From assembly GCA_000004985.1 (NCBI GenBank), contig GG738851.1: a DNA stretch of 64,000 nucleotides. One strand, given 5' to 3'. Below, in pieces: positions 12,543-22,468 of the stretch. Source of the stretch: Naegleria gruberi (lineage: Eukaryota). The stretch's first letter is position 1; each line of letters starts with the position of its first letter. The notes under the pieces were generated by a model. That model was not told the origin of the DNA. It did no database searches and saw nothing but the letters and a program-made list of their open reading frames with translations. The translations under genes and the position numbers were made by a program.

Positions 12543-13936
12543 ATGAACACAAACAAGGTGGTTCAAAAAACAAAACAAGCAGCCACACATTCCCCTCCTA
12601 TTATTACTCAACACAACCAACAAGAAATGATCAAGACTTCTTTTCACAATCATCTGCCCTCTGTAACTCCTCACAGTTATGATATTTCTCAATCACCTCC
12701 ACCTCCATCATCAGCATCAATACATGCTTCAGGGATGCACCTTGCTTCTCTTTCTCGCTATGATACATCTTCCGTGCCAGCATCATCATCATTCGACAGA
12801 ACCACTCAACAATACAATTATCATCATGCTGCACAACAACAACAGTCATATGACATGACCATGCAACAACAATATCAGAGGGAACATGTAAATTTGCATC
12901 AGCACAGATATCATCCTTATCAGCAGCGAAACCCCATTAGTCCACCTTCTCCACCACGTAATGCACACAGAGGCGGATTGGAACTCCATAATTGTAATAC
13001 TGATGCTAGTGGCAGTAGTAATGGTGGTACTAGTAGTGGTACAGCACCAATGCATGTGTATTCGAATCCTCCTTCACATTATCATCACCATGTAAATAAT
13101 CAGAATTTTCGAGCATCTCCAACAAGTAATAAGAAAAGTCCAATTTCGAGTGAACAGTATGATACATGTTATGGTCAATCACATGATGTACACTCAACAG
13201 CTCAACAACCACTTGTATCAAACAATAGAAAGAAAATTCCAAACCGATCTTCATATGAAACACATGTATTTATGAATGCTCCTTCCATAATAGCAACTTC
13301 AAATTCAACAACACAACCAACACCTCAAAAGAGAAAGAATGTCATTTCCAAACAAGAAATGATTAAAGTGTTACATCTTCCTCAAACACAGGCTAGTTCA
13401 ATACTTGGATGTAGTTTGTCAACACTTAAAAGAAGATTTTATGAACTGAAAGAAGAATTAGGTAAGTTTTGATTGAATGAAAGTAATCTTATACGATTTG
13501 TTGTATTATGATGAATGCATGCATGACATGGACATCTTGATCAATTTACTTAATTATCAACACATCTATTTGATATTCTTGCTTATTGCTATATGTGATC
13601 AACACATCTATTTGATATTCTTGATTCCTTAATAATTATATGGAATACTTAATGTTCATGCATCAATTATACAACAACATTTAAATTCAATGCGCACGCA
13701 TACATACACATTTAGAAATGGAAAAATGGCCCCAATTCTATCATGAAATAAGACACTTGGCAATATTTTCCAAAGTCTACCCAATGTCCCTCTACTTTAT
13801 GCTCAATCATGAAGGATGTGACGACATGCATAAACCACTCACTAGAAAACACTTGATAAATTCACATGAAACGTATGAACAGTCTTACCAGGAGAATACC
13901 AACCACTTTTTGCAATATTGTAAGACCCACATATAA
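12543..13936 (+). CDS. Putative RWP-RK-like DNA-binding protein. Two exons: 12543..13461 and 13716..13936. N-terminus is Gln/His/Ser-rich.
   Basis: ORF 12543..13472 ends ...KQEMIKVLHLPQTQASSILGCSLSTLKRRFYELKEEL, which resembles the first half of an RWP-RK domain. A GTAAGT donor at 13462 (phase 1) and a TTTAG acceptor at 13714-15 join in frame to ORF 13718..13936 (EMEKWPQFYHEIRHL..., a KWP variant of the RWP motif). Intron is 254 nt. Alternative model: single exon ending at stop 13470-72. Confidence 0.4.
13557..13623. repeat. Direct tandem duplication: 26-bp unit atcaacacatctatttgatattcttg at 13557..13582 and 13598..13623, inside the putative intron of the RWP-RK-like gene
   Basis: Two identical 26-mers separated by 15 nt, read directly from the sequence. 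Confidence 0.7.
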
Positions 13937-14133
13937 GTGAAGCCAGATTAGGGCCTTCCTTTAAGAACTGACCAATAAGGCAATGAATTCCATAGACCAA
14001 ACTCACAAATTGGGCCGAGAACAATATGAATCTTTGATTTCCATTCTAACTTCAAGTAGGACCATCAATAGATTCTTTGTGAGGTCATGCACCAATCAGT
14101 AAGCAATACACCCTTAAATGGAACAAATTGATT

Positions 14134-17100
14134 TTATTTAAGCATGTAATAAAATCTAGAACCAACTTGATGAATATATCTCAATTGAGGAATTACTACC
14201 ATTAAGAAAATTCCAACCACTGGAATGATAATGGTCAAGTAGCACATCACCTCAAGAGAAGTAGTGGCCAACAATGTAATGAAAATCTGAGAGGCAGCAC
14301 ATGCAACGCACAAAATACTCGTTCTCATGAGCCAATTCTTGTAATAACTACTTCGCATTATGAGCGCAAACAAGTAGAGAAACAATGTTAATACTTCTCC
14401 AATATAGAGTGGTCCAAAAGTGTAGCCAATACCCTCGAATGAAAATCTAGTGTCTGGATGGTTATTCTCCTTTCCAACATTTTCTTCATTCGCAGTATCT
14501 TGATGATCCAAAAAGGCGGAGAATGCAACCAAAAACCAAACAAGCAAGAAACTCATTGCAGCTCCGTATGCAAGCAAGAAGGGAAAGTTTCGTATAGAGA
14601 TGACCCTTAATTGTCTCTTCATGGCTTCAGTTAAATCGTATGAAATGTATTTTCTGAACAAGTAGACAATACTATCCCAAATTGCAATGACGAATAATAA
14701 TCCTGAAATTATTGCTGCAACAAAATAAATAAAACATGGAATTGCAAAAACTCCAAACCATCCACTCACTTCAAATTGAATCATTAAAAAATCTAAAAGT
14801 GTCAAAATCATGACTGGCACGATGAACATTATTCCAATCAAATGGTAAAAGAATGAATGTGAGGTCAATTTCATTTGCAAACGTTTCATGTAAAAGAGTG
14901 TCTTGTCAGCTCCCGTGAGGCCGATTGAATTTTCCTCATAGAATTCTCTTGCAGGAGAGGGAGGATTGATCCAACTCTTAATCCATGCGAGGCAAAGTTG
15001 GAATTCATCCTCATTTTGTCGGGAGGGGAGTAGAGCTTCTGTATCTGTATTTCTTGGTGAGGTCATGTTATCAGGGTTGGAATGAGATGAACTCAACAAC
15101 TTGTTAATTCTCCTGTACAGAACAAAACTGGTAATCCAAACAGCAGTCCAAGTTGGTAAATAAATTACTAGAGACCAGACCCAAAATATCAAAGATGGTG
15201 TATAGTACATTGTTGAGGAAGAAGCAATAACTGGAATGGTAGTAAATATGTACATGAATAAGAAGGTGGTGGCTACAATGGTGCTAAGCATTTCTGGAAA
15301 GGTATTTCTTAGGAGGAATTTAATATTTTCCTTCTTTTCTGGTTTGTCATTCTCAACTATTTTCAGATTCACCAGTCTTTCGTATTCAAATTGTTGAATC
15401 TTTTTCATTTCAATGAATGTATCCTTGAAGAAGCGATACTTTTTAGAGTGAATGTTCAAATCTTTCAATTCTGGATCTTGTAATGATTTTCCATTTCTCT
15501 TCTTTTTACGTGTATTGGTAATTCTATTAGAAGAGAGGAGGTTGGATGGATCCTCTTCTTCCTCCAAACCATCATCATCGAAAATGTTTCTAATATCAAC
15601 CTTGGTTGACATTCTCTTTTGTTTCTTTCTTCTCTTCTTGGCACTATCAATAATATCTTGATTGATAGTGTGAGGAGATGGAATAACCTCAAATTCATCC
15701 TCTACATCTTGATTTTCAGCCAAAGGAGTGGTGGGTACAGCCTCACCAGGTGGTGTAACGGTATTTTGAGGTGCTTCCAATAATTGATTCTCTCCCTCTT
15801 CAGCAATATTGAAATCATCAGGTGGAGAATCTGTACTTTCCTTAATATCGTGACCGAGGAGAGTGTTCGATATTTTGTTTTGTGAAATGTGATGTTCCAA
15901 TTTTTCTGTCAGCGTGTCTGTGGTAGCAGTAATTTTTCTATCGATGGAATTCATAGTGGCCTTTACTGTATTTCTTACAGCACCAGCCCTCTTAGAAATA
16001 GCAGAGGTAAGTTTGGAGCTGAATTGATTGAGATGCTCCAGAGAAAATTGCTTATTGTTAGCCTGAACGACAGCGTCCATAAAAGTATCCTTATCTGGAA
16101 GTAAATAGTCACATAATACTTGAAGCTTCTTACGAATTTCCTCACGTCTTTGTGGTGAAGTGTAGTATGAGGATATCAACTTGTTCAGATCATTCTTATC
16201 AAAAGCTCTAAAGCTCACTGAAAATCTACTCAGATGGAGAAAGAGCATAATAGTTGCCAAGCTCCACATGTCATTATTACAAGAGGCAATGTGCCACTTT
16301 TTACATACTAGACTGATGTTTGCATTTCCTTGGTGAATCCAAATGTGTCTTCTCTTGGCATGATTTACCATAAACCTCTCACATCTATTCTTTAACTTGA
16401 TTTGCTCTTTAATCTTTTGCTTTTCCTTCTTTTTCTGTTCCTTTGAATAGTTGAGAACTTTTTTGGCTCCTTGTTTCACTGTATTGGCAGTAGAATCCTC
16501 CAATAAAATAGAAGAGTCATCCTTAGATTGACCAGAATCTGAGAAATTTTTAGAGAGAAGCAAGGAAATTGAGGGAACTGAAATACTTCTCTTTAGATTT
16601 TTAATTCTCTCAGTTGCACTCCCTACAATCCTATCAGTGTCCACAAACTTTTTATGTCCTAATCCAGCACTCAACCAATCAGAGGTTAATCCGTCATCCT
16701 CTTCAATTTCAAATTCTGAATAATACTTTTTACTATTCCTATTTTCACTTGAATTTTTTCTTTTAGGTATTGTCGGAGTTGTCAAGCTGCCACTCTTAGA
16801 CCCTTCCATCACTAAATCCTCCAATGAATGTGGAGCATTTCGTAACTTATTCCTAGCAGTATTGAGTGCAACCTCTGGATCCTCATCAAACTCCTCATCA
16901 TCCGATTCGGAATCCTCTTGTTCCTCCTTTTCATTTAATTGGTCACACAAGAATGAAAATATATGTGTCAATAATTTAACACTAAGATTATTGATATGTG
17001 GCATGTGTTCTGACAGATCCTTACTACTATCTTGTCTAATTTTGTTCAATTTTTTAACTCCAATCATTGGTATTTGAATGTGTGAAGATTCATAAACAGA

Positions 17101-17514
17101 GGAGGTTCCTATTGATGATGGGTGCTCCTCAATAATAATTTCCTCCGAGTGCATTTGTTGTTGCTGATGATTAATCCTTCCATTCGTTTGATTAGGATAA
17201 ATGAGTGTTGGTCTTGATCGAGCAGTAATTGGTGAAGAGAAAGGAATAGCATACGGATTATAATTACCAACCAATTCCTTCTCATCCATTGGTGTATCAA
17301 CCCAACCAATCTCCACTTGTTCATTCACTCCTCTAGAAGCACCACTAGAATTATTCAAACTGTTCGTACTACTTCCATTCCCTGTAAAGTTATTGTTAGA
17401 TAATTGAAGATGAGGAGGATATTTCTTTTTAATATTGAGAGTAAGTATTTGATCCTCTCCAACACCACTACCACCACTATTATTACTAGTTGTTGTATGA
17501 TGATTTTGTTCCAT
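14134..17514 (-). CDS. Large (1126 aa) protein with a low-complexity N-terminal half, a split F-box-like motif, and a C-terminal polytopic membrane domain (>=8 predicted TM helices)
   Basis: Single long ORF in the track; ATG at 17514. F-box-like N-part LSVKLLTHIFSFLCDQ and, about 230 aa later, the C-part NISLVCKKWHIASCNNDMW. C-terminal 400 aa contain repeated hydrophobic helices (MLSTIVATTFLFMYIFTTIPVIA..., IGIMFIVPVMILTLLDFLMIQF..., FGVFAIPCFIYFVAAIISGLLFVIAIW..., LLAYGAAMSFLLVWFLVAFSAF...). Confidence 0.6.
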   Translation of the reverse strand: MEQNHHTTTSNNSGGSGVGEDQILTLNIKKKYPPHLQLSNNNFTGNGSSTNSLNNSSGASRGVNEQVEIGWVDTPMDEKELVGNYNPYAIPFSSPITARSRPTLIYPNQTNGRINHQQQQMHSEEIIIEEHPSSIGTSSVYESSHIQIPMIGVKKLNKIRQDSSKDLSEHMPHINNLSVKLLTHIFSFLCDQLNEKEEQEDSESDDEEFDEDPEVALNTARNKLRNAPHSLEDLVMEGSKSGSLTTPTIPKRKNSSENRNSKKYYSEFEIEEDDGLTSDWLSAGLGHKKFVDTDRIVGSATERIKNLKRSISVPSISLLLSKNFSDSGQSKDDSSILLEDSTANTVKQGAKKVLNYSKEQKKKEKQKIKEQIKLKNRCERFMVNHAKRRHIWIHQGNANISLVCKKWHIASCNNDMWSLATIMLFLHLSRFSVSFRAFDKNDLNKLISSYYTSPQRREEIRKKLQVLCDYLLPDKDTFMDAVVQANNKQFSLEHLNQFSSKLTSAISKRAGAVRNTVKATMNSIDRKITATTDTLTEKLEHHISQNKISNTLLGHDIKESTDSPPDDFNIAEEGENQLLEAPQNTVTPPGEAVPTTPLAENQDVEDEFEVIPSPHTINQDIIDSAKKRRKKQKRMSTKVDIRNIFDDDGLEEEEDPSNLLSSNRITNTRKKKRNGKSLQDPELKDLNIHSKKYRFFKDTFIEMKKIQQFEYERLVNLKIVENDKPEKKENIKFLLRNTFPEMLSTIVATTFLFMYIFTTIPVIASSSTMYYTPSLIFWVWSLVIYLPTWTAVWITSFVLYRRINKLLSSSHSNPDNMTSPRNTDTEALLPSRQNEDEFQLCLAWIKSWINPPSPAREFYEENSIGLTGADKTLFYMKRLQMKLTSHSFFYHLIGIMFIVPVMILTLLDFLMIQFEVSGWFGVFAIPCFIYFVAAIISGLLFVIAIWDSIVYLFRKYISYDLTEAMKRQLRVISIRNFPFLLAYGAAMSFLLVWFLVAFSAFLDHQDTANEENVGKENNHPDTRFSFEGIGYTFGPLYIGEVLTLFLYLFALIMRSSYYKNWLMRTSILCVACAASQIFITLLATTSLEVMCYLTIIIPVVGIFLMVVIPQLRYIHQVGSRFYYMLK

Positions 17515-17941
17515 TTCAAAAGATCATCAAAACACTCTGATCCGAAACTTGTACAAATATCGAATTTCCTGTTCGCTTTGTTTTAATAATTATATTAATT
17601 TAAAAACAATTTTACAATCAAGTCTTTGTGGGTAATGATGAATGGGATAATTTTTTAAGTGATAAATCCAGTTAAAGGGTGATGAAGATTTTCTTAACGG
17701 TAACAATTGTTGTGAAATTTGAATCATTTTCGAAGGTTCTGGAAGAGAATATTCATTGAGAACAGATATCTAATGGGTGTTTGGGAAATATTCTCGAGTT
17801 GTACAAGATGAATTTGCTCAATGAATATCAATTTATTCTGGTTGGAAAGTTCTTGCTTGATTGAGTGTTACATTATTTCAGTTGAATATTGTTCATTTTC
17901 AAAATTTACTACTAAAAGTCCTAATAATACCATTCAAAAAA

Positions 17942-18778
17942 ATGAGTTCATTTGATTTACTGCTTTTAGATGAATCTGAAATTGAAACGAAAGTTCTATC
18001 AAAGAAGGCTTTGAAAAAACTGCAACGGAAAGGAAATCAATTAAATCATTCATCAAACTCGGAAAATGAATTGAAGAAATTGCACGAAAATGATGGAGTT
18101 TGGTTCACCATTATTGAGTTTTTGAGTATGAATGAAATCATGCTCACTATTGTGGTACTTTCAAGAAGAGATTCGAATATTGTAGATTCGCAATGGTGCC
18201 AATCTACTCTCCTCACGAGAGGTATGGAACTATTTCACACACTCTCATCAAAGGATTGGAATTCTACTTTAAACTCCCTTGATCACAAACAATACTTTGG
18301 TAACTTGAGAAAATATGAAAAAAAAGCCAAACGAAAGAAACAACCCATTGAAGATAATGATGAAACTAATTTGGAAAGGAAGAAAATATTCAAACGATTG
18401 TATCTGAAATTGAGAGAGGAACATAATAATCGAATGTTGACACTTCACAATTCCAATCAAGCCATCAGATCTGAAATCCAAGCTGAATTTCAAAATTTGA
18501 GAAGTGTGTGGTCCTCTTTGATAACAAATCGATTCGAATGTTTTCATGATGAATTCAAAATTGAAGATTCAATAAGTGATGAGGAGAAACAAAAAATTAC
18601 ATATGATTTAGGATCTTACTATCGATTCACATGCAAAAAGTGTGGAATAGTTGCCATTTCTAACTATATGCCCGTATTTGGTGGGACCAGATTCATTACT
18701 CCTAGAGGCTTCGGTTTTAGAAGACAATGGAGGCCTGATAATCAAGAATTCAAATTATTGAACATTTTCAATGTTTGA
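17942..18778 (+). CDS. Hypothetical protein with an F-box-like N-terminal motif
   Basis: ORF track 17861..18778; first ATG 17942 (MSSFDLLLLDESE...). DGVWFTIIEFLSMNEIMLTIVVLSRRDSNIVDSQWCQ fits the F-box pattern (LPxEIL..I.S.L......L..VCK.W). Confidence 0.5.
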   Translation: MSSFDLLLLDESEIETKVLSKKALKKLQRKGNQLNHSSNSENELKKLHENDGVWFTIIEFLSMNEIMLTIVVLSRRDSNIVDSQWCQSTLLTRGMELFHTLSSKDWNSTLNSLDHKQYFGNLRKYEKKAKRKKQPIEDNDETNLERKKIFKRLYLKLREEHNNRMLTLHNSNQAIRSEIQAEFQNLRSVWSSLITNRFECFHDEFKIEDSISDEEKQKITYDLGSYYRFTCKKCGIVAISNYMPVFGGTRFITPRGFGFRRQWRPDNQEFKLLNIFNV

Positions 18779-18795
18779 TGTTGATGATGATGTAG

Positions 18796-19314
18796 TTGAT
18801 GATGGTGCCATTTTTTTTATCAGCTCTCGCATTACATTGTCTGACAACATTTTTTCTTTCAATAAAAATGTGTAATAATAGTATTTGTATTTGTAATATT
18901 AAACAAAGCATAAATATTCATAAACAAATCTTACAAGAAAAAATAAATAAAATCATTAAACAAAATAACAAAACTAATAAGCGGAAGAAATATAATAAAA
19001 TTAAATTAGAAAAGGATATTAATTTTAAAATTGGTAGTCTTAATAATTTTAATGATGAAATTATAATGGGAAAGAATGATGATGAAGAGAATAATGAAGA
19101 GAATAATAATGAAGAATCGGATGAATTGGATGATTTTGAAGAATTAAATAAATTAGATGAAAAAGAAGACTCTAAATTAAATATTAATATTAATGATAAT
19201 AATTATTTTAATTGTATTAAAAATAATATTCCAAATTGTAAATATGAAGATAATAAGGTGTCCAAAGAAAATGTGACAAAAAGCCAAGAAAAAGAAAATA
19301 ACCTTTTGAATTGA
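18796..19314 (+). CDS. Possible Asn/Lys/Glu-rich low-complexity protein (172 aa); could be non-coding AT-rich sequence
   Basis: A 172-codon open frame through DNA that is >80% AT is statistically unusual for non-coding sequence. It has no recognisable domain. Confidence 0.2.
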   Translation: MMMVPFFLSALALHCLTTFFLSIKMCNNSICICNIKQSINIHKQILQEKINKIIKQNNKTNKRKKYNKIKLEKDINFKIGSLNNFNDEIIMGKNDDEENNEENNNEESDELDDFEELNKLDEKEDSKLNININDNNYFNCIKNNIPNCKYEDNKVSKENVTKSQEKENNLLN

Positions 19315-19343
19315 AATTAGTTACCGTTACAAATAATAAAAAA

Positions 19344-19916
19344 ATGTTTGTTTTGAAATCAGCCATAAAACCTCATCATTCGTTACTGTTAAATAATTGT
19401 GCCATTTTGCTTGGGATCGTTCTTGTATTGATAATAATGACAAGTGTTTCAGTGATCTGTTCTTCTAACAATCCGAACCATATCCCGAATCAGCAAGAAA
19501 ATACTTCATCAAATCAACAAGAAGAACCAACAACCAAAGACAATTTTTGGAGCCTTTCATTGAAGAACAAACTATTAAAGTATGCCAACACTGTCCAATC
19601 TGGCTTTCAAAAAGTACTCTCATCATCACTAGTAGAAAAGATCAAGGGAAAATCAAAAAAGCTTTCCGAACATTCGAAGAATTTACTCAAGACATTGAAA
19701 AACAAATCAAAACAAGCCCTTCATAGGAGCAAAGACATTGTCAAGGAACAATTTACCAAGTTGAAACAATCTACACCTGCCCAAAAGATTAAGAAACTTT
19801 CAAAGAAGGCTCTGAGAAAGCTTTTAGATCATTTAGATTTAATTCCACCTTCCGAAAAGAATTCCCATCCAAACGATGAAGAAGAGGAAGATAGAGTAAT
19901 TACAGTTCTCAAGTAG
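19344..19916 (+). CDS. Small Lys-rich protein with an N-terminal signal-anchor/TM helix (LLLNNCAILLGIVLVLIIMTSVSVICSS)
   Basis: ORF track 19311..19916; ATG at 19344. Lys-rich helical C-terminal half (KIKGKSKKLSEHSKNLLKTLKNKSKQALHRSKDIVKEQFTKLKQ...). Confidence 0.35.
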   Translation: MFVLKSAIKPHHSLLLNNCAILLGIVLVLIIMTSVSVICSSNNPNHIPNQQENTSSNQQEEPTTKDNFWSLSLKNKLLKYANTVQSGFQKVLSSSLVEKIKGKSKKLSEHSKNLLKTLKNKSKQALHRSKDIVKEQFTKLKQSTPAQKIKKLSKKALRKLLDHLDLIPPSEKNSHPNDEEEEDRVITVLK

Positions 19917-20239
19917 TTGTGTCGATGACTCGAATCTATGAATTTCAATACTCGAACAGAAAACATTCAATTTATTGCAACAGTCAAAGCATTTTAAAAT
20001 TAAGGCAAGATTTGAGAAGTTTCAATCAACACTGTGATACCGTACGTGAACAGCTACAATGACCCAGTAAATAGGAAGCTCTAAAGTTATTTAATTCCTA
20101 CCAACAAAAGGGCGAAAAACTTTCCAAGTCAATTCTCAACCTTCCACAAGAAGATTCTCTGTTTCCAAACTCAATAAAACAGAACAACAACAATAATAAT
20201 TCAGGCAGGTGGAACGTGACTAATATTATCATTATTACC

Positions 20240-22413
20240 ATGTCCCATTATCATCATCATCACGGAAGACATGATGGATCTATGTATCATAGTCAGTATC
20301 ATCAAATTCCTAATCAAGAAAACATTGCACCACAAAGTAATAATAATAACCAACAACAACTTCATCCAATTCTAGAACAACAACAACCAGTAGTAGTGGT
20401 CGATAATTATCACAGCCATCCACCTCATAGTCATTCCCACATTCCTCTCGTTTCCGTCCCAACCTATTGCTCTCATAATGGTCATTCAATGAATAATGAG
20501 GCAATCTATCACTATCATCCACATCATCAGACTCACGATTTAATTAATCATCACAATACAAATAATAGTAACAACACAACAAACAATTTAAATTTGAATT
20601 TGAATAATAATACAAATAATTTAAATAATAATATACTAATAGATGAATCATCTCCTCACATTGTTAATAATAATATTCCTTCCTTTAATTGTTCATCATG
20701 TCCAACAACGACAAGCTCAAACTTGGCGTTTCATCATCACTCTCATATGAATAATAATAATTCAACTAGCAATAATAATACAGTTAGTAGTAATAGTAAT
20801 AATAAGAAACGTAAATTATCAATGACTGATATTGAATCAGCCAATTCTTCATGTACGACAACGAGTAACACAACTTCAATGATTACAACTTCATCCTCCT
20901 ATGAATTGGAAAGTATTCCTACGAGATTATTTATGGGAGAATGCATTCGAGTAAAGATAAGGGAAATTCCTGGTATTATGGATCAGTTCAGACAAATGTT
21001 TGAACAACATGAAGTGAGTTTACAGAATTTGACAGTTTGCTTTCAGAAAGAGGGACTTTTTAATTTTCAGTTACCTTGCTTTTTGGAGGGAAATGATTGC
21101 ATTGTGTTTTCTGTACCTAAGAGAGAGGTCTTTCTTCCATATTTTCAAAATTGGGAAGGCTCAATGACTTTACATCATTGTGCTGTAACAATTTCAGCTA
21201 GGAGTCCAGTTCCAAATGGTGGAGATTGTATCATGATATTAATGCACCAGAGTTGTTGCTCAATTGTGTGTTTGGAGACTAGTGACATGTTAAATTTTGT
21301 TTCGAAATGTTTTAGTGAACCTAAGAGATTGAAACACTTGTTATTGACTGTGAAGGAGAGGTATACAGATGAATTTGGAGCCATGTTACACACTGAGGAT
21401 GAGTGTCCACTAACAGAACCAATGAGGAGTAATTTGAAAATAGTTAAAGAGCTCGGAAAGGGATCAAATGGATTTGTCTATCTTGTGGAAAAGAGAAAAT
21501 CTGCTACAACAGATTTATGGAAAAATTCAAAGAAACTTGCATTGAAACAATCCTTCTCGTCGAATCCGACTCGAGTTCAGGATTATATTGCAGTGGTATG
21601 TTGAAGTATTGAATCAACGACATGTTGATTTTCTTTTTTACTATAATTGAAAAACAGCACAAAGCAATGAAGGATCTATCGAGAGGTGAAACAGAATCCA
21701 ATGTGATTCAAATTTATGAAATTCAAAGTGTTACAGTTGAAGAGTCCAATACTCATATTTCTGAAATTCTAATGGAAAAATGTGAATATGATTTGGGAAG
21801 ATATTGCAGAAGATATTTCAAGTCTTGCCTTACAGTGGAAACTCTGAAATCTCTAATTCACATTTTGAATCAAACAGTGAATGGAATACGCATGATTCAC
21901 AATTCTGGATATTGTCATTTAGATATCAAAGAGGGAAATATCATGTTGAATAGGGAAAAAATTGTCAAGATTATTGATTTTGATTTTTCTATTGCCAAGA
22001 ATGTGCCAATTTCATCAAAGAGAGGCACCCCACTCTATCTGTCACCAGAGATGGTCCATATTAAGGAAGTCTCTAAACCTATTGACAAGTCTGATATTTG
22101 GAGTTTGGGTGTTGTACTTTTAAATGTTATGAGAGTAATTCAAGGTTTGAAAAAATTTGAGGTTGCATCTATTGCTTCAAAGGATTTACTTGTAGAAGAT
22201 GATGATTCTATACTCATTTTGGGAAATGCCAAAGATCAACAATCAATAGATACGATAATCACAAAAGTTTTTGATACTTCTAAACAATCTATAGATTCAC
22301 AAGTATCAATATTGATGAAAGTATTGGAAAATTTAGCAAGAGGAATGCTGCAAGTTGATTATGATAAGCGTTATTCTATTGAGGACTTGTGGAGTGCTCT
22401 TCTAAAAAATTAA
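20240..22413 (+). CDS. Atypical Ser/Thr protein kinase with a His/Asn/Gln-rich N-terminal region. Two exons: 20240..21595 and 21658..22413.
   Basis: ORFs 20216..21604 and 21622..22413 are joined by a 62-nt intron (GTATGT at 21596, AG at 21656-57; phase 0/0). Kinase motifs: GKGSNGFV (Gly loop), ALK (VAIK-type), HLDIKEGNIML (catalytic loop, non-canonical), DFDFS (DFG variant), TPLYLSPE (APE), DIWSLG. Confidence 0.75.
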
Positions 22414-22468
22414 TTGGACTCTAGGCCATTAAAAACATGCAGCAAAATGCGGGTTGTCTAACCATCAT

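Noticed and set aside
18796-19314. Treating the Asn/Lys-rich 172-codon ORF as certainly non-coding
   Set aside because: Not rejected outright. An open frame this long in >80% AT DNA is unlikely by chance, so it is kept as a low-confidence CDS.
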